Shown: piece by piece, positions 16,348 through 23,592 of the stretch
How the letters are laid out: every line of letters starts with the position of its first letter
How positions within the stretch are numbered: position 1 is the stretch's first letter
DNA from: an uncultured Anaerolineales bacterium
GTDB lineage: Bacteria; Chloroflexota; Anaerolineae; B4-G1
Direction of reading: 5' to 3'
DNA: 26,141 nt
Assembly: GCA_964412395.1 (NCBI GenBank)
Contig: CAYPOY010000027.1
Span: 1-26,141 of the forward strand
Position numbers and translations under genes: made by a program
The notes under the pieces: model-generated
The model's database searches: none
What the model saw: only the letters and a program-made list of their open reading frames with translations
What the model was told of the DNA's origin: nothing

Positions 16348-17823
16348 ATGAACCCGATCATCGTTCCTGGTGTACCGGCACTGGGTTCTTATTCATTTCC
16401 TTATGACTCAGATAAGTTCGCTGCACGTTCCGGTGAGATTGAGTTAGTCTCTAAGAAAGTCTCTACTCGACAGATTGAAGGAGACCACCGTATCACTCGT
16501 CCTCTCGTCGAGTTCTACAGCGTGTTGGGCCAGGGCAAATCCTGGCTGCTCGCTCACCTGCGCGATAAATTCCGCCGCGCCCCCCAGGCGGTTTCCTCTT
16601 CATCCCTATACCGTCCTTCTCTTAGCGCGCTGATAGACCTGCGGACTTTCCCTGATCGGGAACATTCTCTCGCGCTCCTTCAGGCCCTGGCCAGCCAACT
16701 CCGCGAGCAACTTGATGAAGCAACAGCGGGTGAGTTGCCGATTCTCTCATCGGGTGAGCGCGTTGAGGCCACGGCCGAGGCGCTGGGTAAATACCTGCGC
16801 GGCCTGGGTGGATCACGGGTTCCCGTGCTGCTTTTTGATACTGCCGACCAGGCAGATGAGGAGTTCCTGGACTGGATCGAAAACCATCTGATCTACCAGG
16901 CTATCCGCGACGACAGCGTTGTCTTCGTCTTAGCCGGCCGCACACGCCTGCGCTGGAAAAAGTTCGAGGTGCGCCGGCGCGTGGAACCGGGAGAACTTCC
17001 CCCCTTCGACCGGCCCCAAACAGGCGAGCAGATAGAGCGGCTGAGGGGCGAGGAGCCGCCCGACGGGGTCACTACCGCGCTGTGGAATTATTCCTTCGGA
17101 CATCCCCTCACCACGCGGGTGATCTACGACACACTCTGCCGGTTGAGCCCTGATGCTCCGCTGGATGCCGTAGAGACGCGGGAGACGGATGTCGCGCAGG
17201 AAGTGTATGGCCTGATCGAAAATCATTTTTTGAGCGTCGTGGCACAGTCGGAGTTGCGAGAACTGATATGGGATACCTGCGTGTTGCGCAAGTTCAACGT
17301 CGCGCACCTGCGCACATTCGCCGGCGATGAAGGTGCCACGCGTTCGGAGGCTTCTTACCTCAATGTCATCCGCCACCTGGTCGCCAGTACGCTGGTGCGC
17401 TGGAGTTCCGAGGATGGCGGATACGTGCTCGATCCGGTAGTGCGTCAGATTTTGGCGCGCAATCTGCAGATGCGGGAGCCAGGGCAATACCTGGGGCAGC
17501 ACATGACGGCAGCCGCGATGTATGAGAGATGGATACAGGAATACCCACGCAACGCGGGGGACTTCCTGATCGAGTGGATGGTTCACCAGAGGGAAGTCTG
17601 GCAAGTGCAAGGGATGCCCGACGACGAGATTGCCTTACAGTTGGCCCAGGCGTTCCAGGAGCGGCTTGATCAACTCACAAAAGAGCCACGGGTACAGTGG
17701 GAGTTACCGGACGTCGCCCGCACGCTGGACGAACGGTTGCTGAGGCGAGAGGATGCGGGCCTGGTGATTGCCCTCAGCGGGTTGCAGAAGGCTGCCCGGC
17801 CGTTTGTTGCCCAGTATGTCTGA
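16348..17823 (+). CDS. Minimal STAND (NB-ARC/NLR-like) P-loop NTPase lacking both an effector domain and C-terminal repeats
   Basis: 491 aa. Walker A 'FYSVLGQGKSWLL'. Walker B 'VLLFDTADQADEEFLDW'. Sensor-1-like 'VFVLAGRTRL'. GxP-like 'NYSFGHPLTTRVIYDTL'. These motifs are collinear with the three downstream STAND proteins. SD 'TAGGAG' upstream of the ATG. Confidence 0.75.
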   Translation: MNPIIVPGVPALGSYSFPYDSDKFAARSGEIELVSKKVSTRQIEGDHRITRPLVEFYSVLGQGKSWLLAHLRDKFRRAPQAVSSSSLYRPSLSALIDLRTFPDREHSLALLQALASQLREQLDEATAGELPILSSGERVEATAEALGKYLRGLGGSRVPVLLFDTADQADEEFLDWIENHLIYQAIRDDSVVFVLAGRTRLRWKKFEVRRRVEPGELPPFDRPQTGEQIERLRGEEPPDGVTTALWNYSFGHPLTTRVIYDTLCRLSPDAPLDAVETRETDVAQEVYGLIENHFLSVVAQSELRELIWDTCVLRKFNVAHLRTFAGDEGATRSEASYLNVIRHLVASTLVRWSSEDGGYVLDPVVRQILARNLQMREPGQYLGQHMTAAAMYERWIQEYPRNAGDFLIEWMVHQREVWQVQGMPDDEIALQLAQAFQERLDQLTKEPRVQWELPDVARTLDERLLRREDAGLVIALSGLQKAARPFVAQYV

Positions 17824-17859
17824 TGCTGGAGAACCTGCCGCATCTGCTCTACCAGCCGA

Positions 17860-17890
17860 CCCATCGCCTCCGGCGGTGGGTTTTTGTTGT
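17860..17890 (+). terminator. Rho-independent terminator: 9-bp stem (cccaucgcc / ggcgguggg, one G-U pair), short loop, then uuuuuguugu
   Basis: Read directly, 37 nt after the stop of 16348..17823. The GC-rich stem is followed by a T5 tract. Confidence 0.65.
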
Positions 17891-17917
17891 AACAAGTGGC
17901 GGAAGTGCTAATTCTGC

Positions 17918-17947
17918 TTGACATATGCCCCTCTTTTGTCGTATAAT
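17918..17947 (+). promoter_or_regulatory. Perfect-consensus sigma70 promoter TTGACA - 18 bp - TATAAT driving the STAND-TPR / SIR2-STAND operon
   Basis: ttgaca at 17918-17923 and tataat at 17942-17947. An AT-rich context in a GC-rich genome. Located between the terminator and the corrected GTG start at 18043, giving a 5' UTR of about 90 nt. Confidence 0.6.
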
Positions 17948-18042
17948 AATGATATGCTGTAACACCTTGCCAGGCGTCGTCAGACTTGACAGAGAGCATA
18001 GTATTCGACGTCAGGCCGCTACTTACTCTCCAGGAGGCTACA

Positions 18043-20937
18043 GTGAGCAAAACCTCGGCCATTGTTCCAAAGACGCGCCGTCTCGTCGGCCGCGAAGCCG
18101 AAGAGCACATCCTGCGCCAGGCCATCGAGGCTGATGGCCTGCGCGTCGTTTATATTACCGGGGAGGCCGGCCTGGGCAAGACCCGCCTGCTGGAATACCT
18201 CCCCGCCATCATTGATACCTGCCGCAACCACGACGAGTGCCTTTGGTGCGGGAACATTGACCTCTACGACCCGGAGAAACACAGCAACAGCGGCATGGAG
18301 GCAGCCATCGCCGGTGCGCTGGATCCCGAGCGGGAGGCATTTGCCACCTACTGGGATGGACGTAAGGAGTTCGAGCGCCAGCGGCGCGCTGGAGCCGATC
18401 TGTACACTCTGGAAAAACTGCGTAAGGGCCTGATCGAGAAATTCGTGGAGGACCTTAACGACGTCGGCCGGGAGAAGCGCGTCGTCGTCGCCCTGGATAC
18501 CGTCGAACTCATCCAGTACGAGAGTGACATCGTACAACAGGTGTGCGGCATTGAGCCACAGGGCATCGAGGTGCGCGAGTGGCTGACGCTGAACCTGCCT
18601 CGTTTAGAGAACGCCGTCTTCGTCCTGGCCGGCCGGCCCAGGCCTGAACTGGCGGAAGACCTGCAAAAGACATTCGGCGAACAACTGATTGAGATTCAAC
18701 TGCGGCCGTGGCCTGAGGAGGAGCAGACCCTGGCCTACTTCGCTGCCGTGGAGGAGGAGGAACTCCCTGCCGCCCGACGGAGTGCGCTGAGTGAGATGTC
18801 TGAGGACTGGCGGCGGATGGTGCATCACTACACTGGCGGACACCCGCTCAAGGTGACACTTACCATCGAATTGCTGCTGATGAATCTGCCGCTGCCACCG
18901 GTCTTCAGCGAACCCCCGCCGGCCGATATCCAAGAGCGAATGAAGAAGGAGTTGGTCGAGGGACTGATGGAAGCGGGAGATGAGCCAGCGACCGCGCTGC
19001 GCTACATGGCGGTGGCCCGCAAGGGGATGGATGCTGCGCTGTTGCACCACCTGTTGGGCGACGAGTGGCCAGAGCAGCGCTGCCAGCGCGTGCTGCAGGA
19101 CTTGCGGCCCTGGTCCTTTGTCAAAACACGACCAGGCACTGACCTTTTGTTCCTGCACGACGAGATGTACGATCTACTGGAGCGATACGCCCCGGTGCCC
19201 GACCGTTACCAGGCGGCCACGCGCATTGCCGATGCCTACGAGGAACACATCAGCGAACTACTGGCGGATGACACCAAAAGGCAGCGGCAGGTACTGCAGG
19301 TGGAGCAACTGTACTACAAATTGCTGGCAAACCGAACAGCCGGGTACGCCGGCTACACCCGGCAGGCGGCCGAAGCCATCTTCACTCACGAGGCCGGCTT
19401 CGACATGTCATTGCGTGACGAGATGTTGCGCTTCTTCAAAGACCACGGTTCGCCGGTCATCTGGCAGCGCATCAACCGCGACAGCGCCGCGCTGTGGGTC
19501 GAACGATATAACGCTATGGGCCTCCACGAGCGAGCCTACCGGGTGGCCGCCGACGTCCTGGCCAGCGACCACTCTGACTTCCGGGGCGGGCGTGATGACC
19601 CGTTATTCATGGCCGCGCTACTCTCGGGACAGGGCACCGCGCTGGCGATACAAGGCAGGAGACTGGATGAGGCGGCACAGTTGTTGCAGTACGCCATTGC
19701 CAGACTGGAGCCTGTCTCCATTCCCGGCGAAGAACGGAACCGGGCGCGCATCCTGGGAAGTGCATACAACACGCTGGGATACGTCTGTTTCGTGCAGAAG
19801 AGGTACGACGCGGCCATCGGGTCGTACGCGAGGGCACTGCCCCACCTACGGCAGGTGGAACTTGGGGCTCACCTGGCCGACGCCGAAAAGAATCTGGCCC
19901 GCACCTACAGCCTGATGGGCCGGCATCGCGAAGCGGTGGTACTGTGTGATGACAGCATTGAACTGTTCCGTCAAGCCAACAATCGCTACGGTGAGGCCTA
20001 CGGCCTGAATGTGCTGGGGCAGATCCGCACCGACATGGAGCACTTCTACCGGGGCTACATCCACTCCCGCGCCGCGCTGCGCATCTTTCGCCAGTTGGAG
20101 CACGGGCGCGGCATCGGTCTGGCGCTCCACGCCCTGGGCGAGGCGACCCGCAAGCGGGCCACCTTCGAGGAGTACACGCTCGGCGAGGCGGAGGAACTGT
20201 TCCACGAAGCGGAAAAGTACCTGGAGGAAGTACCGGAATATCTGATCGAACCGCTGCGGCTGGCCTACGCCCGCAACGAACTGGGGTGTGTCTACCGGGA
20301 CTGGGCCATCGTTCGCCAGCGACACAACAGGGACTTTGCTGAACTCGTAGAGCAGGCCAGGAAGCATCTCCTGGAGGCCGCAGACGTTGCCGGAGACACG
20401 CCGGAGTGGCACACTCACGAGGCCGACTGTTACGAGGACCTGGCCCAGGTAGAGTTCATTCGTGGCCCGGAGGGGTATGCGGAGGCGCTGAAGTGGCTGG
20501 ATAAGGCGGAGGGCAGTATTGAGCCACAATATCGAATCACGGCACGGGGGCTTCCCAGGATTGAGGAGCCGGTGCAGGGCTACTGGGTTATGTTGGGCAA
20601 GATCGAACTGCTGCGCGGGCACGTCGCTTTCGCCACAGGTCAGGAGAAAGAGAATGTAAATCAGAATCCGGATCCTGACTACCAGGAAGCGATCCGGCAC
20701 TATGTCCTTGCCACTTCTTACTTTGAAGCCTTCTCACCGAAAGCGCACGAGTTGAATACGACGCTGGACAGTATGTACGACCGGCTGCGTAAACTCTTGG
20801 CCCACCAGTTGGCCTACTTGCGCAAACACGCCGAGGGCGTTGCCGGGGACTACAATCTCGACGCAACTCGTTTCCTGGACATGTTCGATAGTACCCTGGG
20901 GGCCATCTCGTTGCTCAGCCGAGAGGAGACATTATGA
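18043..20937 (+). CDS. STAND NTPase (NB-ARC-like) with C-terminal TPR repeats and no N-terminal effector domain
   Basis: Start corrected to the GTG at 18043, with a perfect SD 'AGGAGG' 5-6 nt upstream. The ORF-track TTG at 17986 has none, and the N-terminus then aligns with paralog 23589. Walker A 'VVYITGEAGLGKTRLLEYLP'. Walker B 'VVVALDTVELIQYESD'. 'VFVLAGRPRPELAEDL'. GxP 'HYTGGHPLKVTLTIELL'. C-terminal TPR-type repeats ('AYNTLGYVCFVQKRYDAAIGSYARAL', 'AEKNLARTYSLMGRHREAVVLCDDSIELF', 'AYGLNVLGQIRTDMEHFYRGYIHSRAALRIF'). Confidence 0.85.
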   Translation: MSKTSAIVPKTRRLVGREAEEHILRQAIEADGLRVVYITGEAGLGKTRLLEYLPAIIDTCRNHDECLWCGNIDLYDPEKHSNSGMEAAIAGALDPEREAFATYWDGRKEFERQRRAGADLYTLEKLRKGLIEKFVEDLNDVGREKRVVVALDTVELIQYESDIVQQVCGIEPQGIEVREWLTLNLPRLENAVFVLAGRPRPELAEDLQKTFGEQLIEIQLRPWPEEEQTLAYFAAVEEEELPAARRSALSEMSEDWRRMVHHYTGGHPLKVTLTIELLLMNLPLPPVFSEPPPADIQERMKKELVEGLMEAGDEPATALRYMAVARKGMDAALLHHLLGDEWPEQRCQRVLQDLRPWSFVKTRPGTDLLFLHDEMYDLLERYAPVPDRYQAATRIADAYEEHISELLADDTKRQRQVLQVEQLYYKLLANRTAGYAGYTRQAAEAIFTHEAGFDMSLRDEMLRFFKDHGSPVIWQRINRDSAALWVERYNAMGLHERAYRVAADVLASDHSDFRGGRDDPLFMAALLSGQGTALAIQGRRLDEAAQLLQYAIARLEPVSIPGEERNRARILGSAYNTLGYVCFVQKRYDAAIGSYARALPHLRQVELGAHLADAEKNLARTYSLMGRHREAVVLCDDSIELFRQANNRYGEAYGLNVLGQIRTDMEHFYRGYIHSRAALRIFRQLEHGRGIGLALHALGEATRKRATFEEYTLGEAEELFHEAEKYLEEVPEYLIEPLRLAYARNELGCVYRDWAIVRQRHNRDFAELVEQARKHLLEAADVAGDTPEWHTHEADCYEDLAQVEFIRGPEGYAEALKWLDKAEGSIEPQYRITARGLPRIEEPVQGYWVMLGKIELLRGHVAFATGQEKENVNQNPDPDYQEAIRHYVLATSYFEAFSPKAHELNTTLDSMYDRLRKLLAHQLAYLRKHAEGVAGDYNLDATRFLDMFDSTLGAISLLSREETL

Positions 20938-21122
20938 AACCTGCTAGCAGTGGCAAGATTGAGACCAGTGCCTCCTATTCATCTCAAGCGCTCTCGCTGT
21001 TCCAAGTGGAGGGTATGCCAGCGTCCCAACCCCCTGTCGTTGAACTTATGGCGGAGGGCGATGACTGCAAATATCCGGCAAGACCGGAGCGCACGCTGGA
21101 TACGCAATGTGGCGACTGTTGA
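20934..21122 (+). CDS. Hypothetical 62-aa protein, translationally coupled (ATGA overlap) to the upstream STAND-TPR gene
   Basis: The ATG at 20934 overlaps the TGA stop at 20935-20937. SD 'GAGAGGAGA' 4 nt upstream. It ends 19 nt before the GTG start of the SIR2-STAND gene. It contains 3 Cys, has no recognisable domain, and no homolog could be checked. Confidence 0.35.
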   Translation: MKPASSGKIETSASYSSQALSLFQVEGMPASQPPVVELMAEGDDCKYPARPERTLDTQCGDC

Positions 21123-21141
21123 ATAGTCGCGGGGAGCAGGT

Positions 21142-23592
21142 GTGGATCTCCTCACTATCATCGGCATTTCAGCAGCCATCGTCGGAATCATTGCCGGCGT
21201 TGTACAGGTGCTGGACTATCTGCAAAAGCGACGAGCGACCGCCCAACAGCGGAGAGCCACGCCCATAACCTCAGCGGCACCCCTGGAGACCACCTCCGAC
21301 CAGACCGTGCTCTCCACTGTTCAACCCGAGGGACCGCCCATGGGCAATGCTGTTTCCACCGAAGCAACTGTCTCCGTTGTCCCAACCCGGCATCCTCTCG
21401 CTATCCCTGCTGCCGTTGAAGATCCCGTGCCGGATGAGCCAGGGCAAGATATCGAATCTATCCTGCAACGCATCGAGCAACTGGACCAGTATACCAACGA
21501 AGTCCTGGCCCAGATTGCACACGATGTACGGGAGGGCAAATGCGTCTTCCTGATTGGGGCAGGGTGCTCGGTTCAGGCCGGGATGCCCAGCGGCCGTCAG
21601 TTGACCCGCTTGCTCAAGGAACATGCCCGCTGGTCGTGTGAGAGCAGCCGATTGCCTGATGTAGCACAAACCTACGTGGATCAGAGGCGCCGTGGCGACC
21701 TGGAGGCGATCATCTACCGTGCACTTAAGGATAGAGAAAGGGCCAGGGGCTCCCCCACTATCAGGCCGACGTTTGCTCATCAAGCCTTAGCGCGCATTGT
21801 CTCTCTGTCACCTCACATGATGGCCATTCTGACCACCAACTGGGATAGGCTCCTGGAGCAGGCACTGGATGAGGAGCCCGTGGCCTACACGACGGTGGCG
21901 TCGGACCAGGCTGTGGCGAGCGCCGACTCGAAGCGCCTCAGAGTGATCAAACTGCACGGCGATGTCGAATCACGAGAATATACCATCGCCCGTGAGGACT
22001 TTGCCCATTATGCCGCTAACCACCCACGCCTGGTGGAACTCTGGAAGGAGTGTCTGCGTAACTGTACCCTGGTGGTCGTTGGATATGGGTTGGAGGACCG
22101 GAGTTTCCTGGATGTCTACCACATGGTATTGGATACACTGGGAGGCAAAGACGCCGCCAGACCCTTTTACGTCGTCTTGCCCTACACCCACCGCGAAAAG
22201 AGGCGGCACTGGCGGGAGAGGATGGGCGTCAGTGAGTTCATTGACCTGGACGCGGACACTTTTACTGTGGCCCTCTACTGCCAGATCAACGTCTTCGCCA
22301 ACCGGCAAGGTGAACTTGACCTGGTTTATCGCTTGCTGCAGGCGCTGGATGTGGATGGCCGGTCCAAAAGGATCGTCGAATTCTACGGCGTCCCCGGCAT
22401 CGGCAAGACCAGCCTGTTAGAGCGTGTTCGGGACAAACCCGATACCATACCTGCAACGCTCATTCGCCTGGGCGAGCAGTGTTTTCAAGGCCAGGTTGCT
22501 CGTCAGGCTATCCTGGCCCAGATGTCCACCGATCTGGCCATTGGCGAGACTGGAGACGAGGAAATCTTTGTGCGTCGTCTGTCCCCCTATCAGGCGATCC
22601 TCCTGTTTGATGCGACCGATCAGGCTGACGAGCAGACCTTGAGATGGCTTGGCGACTTGCTTTGCCGACTTCCCAGGGCATTCGCGATCTTTGCTGGCCG
22701 CCGGCCGTTATTGCATACCTGCTGGCGTGGGTCAGCAGCGCTGACGAGAGAACTCGCTCGCCCGCGCAGGCTTGGTCCCTTTGCTGTGGCCGATGCCAGG
22801 CAACAGATCGAACGCGAGTTATTCTGGGATCGTGCTCTGGCCGAGTACCTGTACGACCTCACGGGGGGGCATCCGGGCATCATCCGCGAGGCCCTCCAGT
22901 GGTTGAAGGACCAGCGCACCTCCCCCGGCTGGTCAGCGACGCTCCGTGACGAGCGGCAGATGGGACTGCTGCTGGAGGAATGGATAGACCGGTGCATCCT
23001 GGACAGTGTGGAACCGGATCTCGGGTCTATCATCAAACAAGTGGCGGCCCTACGGTCCTTCTCACCCGGCGACCTGCGTCTAATCTTGCCCGATGCACAG
23101 GGACAGCCAGTGGGGTACTTTGACAGGCTGATCAAGGAGCGGCTGGTACCCAGCGGGCTCGTTGACTGGCAGGGGCTGAAAGTGTACCGGCTGGATCCAA
23201 CTGTGCAACGGCTAGTCCTGCATAGCGTCAGGCTCAAGTCTCCCCAACAGTTTGCAGAAGTGTGCCGACGGATTCGACGACTGTATGACACGTATGTCGA
23301 AAGTCACCCTGAGCGTTGCGGTCAGTTTGTGGTGGAGAAACTATATCACCTGGCCTCTGAGGGCTACGCCCTGGAGTGGTCAAATGATGACCTGAGGGCC
23401 GCTCTGCTTCGTGCGCTTGAAGCCGACCTGGCCCGCGCAGATGAGGCGAGTGTGGCCGAGGACGTGCGAGAAGTGCTTGAGAACGACGTTGAGTTGCAGG
23501 AACTTATGCCGGAGGTCTACCCTGACTTGCTCCGGTCAGCCAGGCAAATGTCTGAACAACTTGTATCAGGCCAATTGGAGGTAGGCCCGTGA
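21142..23592 (+). CDS. Membrane-anchored SIR2-STAND fusion: N-terminal TM helix + Pro/Thr/Ser-rich linker + SIR2-like (DHS-like NAD-binding, SIR2_2-type) domain + STAND NTPase + helical domain, with no C-terminal repeat sensor
   Basis: GTG start with 'GGGAG' 5 nt upstream. TM 'LLTIIGISAAIVGIIAGVVQVL'. SIR2_2 motifs 'CVFLIGAGCSVQAGMPSGRQLTRLL', 'ILTTNWDRLLEQAL' (catalytic Asn), 'RVIKLHGDVESREY' (catalytic His), 'CTLVVVGYGLEDRSFLDV'. STAND Walker A 'VEFYGVPGIGKTSLLERV', Walker B 'ILLFDATDQADEQTLRWL', 'FAIFAGRRPL', GxP 'DLTGGHPGIIREALQWL'. Confidence 0.85.
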   Translation: MDLLTIIGISAAIVGIIAGVVQVLDYLQKRRATAQQRRATPITSAAPLETTSDQTVLSTVQPEGPPMGNAVSTEATVSVVPTRHPLAIPAAVEDPVPDEPGQDIESILQRIEQLDQYTNEVLAQIAHDVREGKCVFLIGAGCSVQAGMPSGRQLTRLLKEHARWSCESSRLPDVAQTYVDQRRRGDLEAIIYRALKDRERARGSPTIRPTFAHQALARIVSLSPHMMAILTTNWDRLLEQALDEEPVAYTTVASDQAVASADSKRLRVIKLHGDVESREYTIAREDFAHYAANHPRLVELWKECLRNCTLVVVGYGLEDRSFLDVYHMVLDTLGGKDAARPFYVVLPYTHREKRRHWRERMGVSEFIDLDADTFTVALYCQINVFANRQGELDLVYRLLQALDVDGRSKRIVEFYGVPGIGKTSLLERVRDKPDTIPATLIRLGEQCFQGQVARQAILAQMSTDLAIGETGDEEIFVRRLSPYQAILLFDATDQADEQTLRWLGDLLCRLPRAFAIFAGRRPLLHTCWRGSAALTRELARPRRLGPFAVADARQQIERELFWDRALAEYLYDLTGGHPGIIREALQWLKDQRTSPGWSATLRDERQMGLLLEEWIDRCILDSVEPDLGSIIKQVAALRSFSPGDLRLILPDAQGQPVGYFDRLIKERLVPSGLVDWQGLKVYRLDPTVQRLVLHSVRLKSPQQFAEVCRRIRRLYDTYVESHPERCGQFVVEKLYHLASEGYALEWSNDDLRAALLRALEADLARADEASVAEDVREVLENDVELQELMPEVYPDLLRSARQMSEQLVSGQLEVGP

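Noticed and set aside
16930-17610. 226-aa minus-strand ORF
   Set aside because: Antisense within the minimal STAND CDS. No RBS, and no recognisable features.
17670-18125. 151-aa minus-strand ORF spanning the terminator/promoter region
   Set aside because: It runs across the intrinsic terminator and consensus promoter and into both neighbouring CDSs in antisense. No SD. Implausible.
18980-19915. 311-aa plus-strand ORF in an alternative frame
   Set aside because: Same strand but a different frame from the STAND-TPR CDS. The Trp/Cys/Arg/Thr-rich translation is characteristic of an off-frame read of GC-rich coding DNA.
19846-20700. 284-aa minus-strand ORF
   Set aside because: Antisense within the STAND-TPR gene (18043..20937). 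No motifs, and no SD.
22620-23291. 223-aa minus-strand ORF
   Set aside because: Antisense within the SIR2-STAND CDS. Ser/Arg-rich and low complexity.
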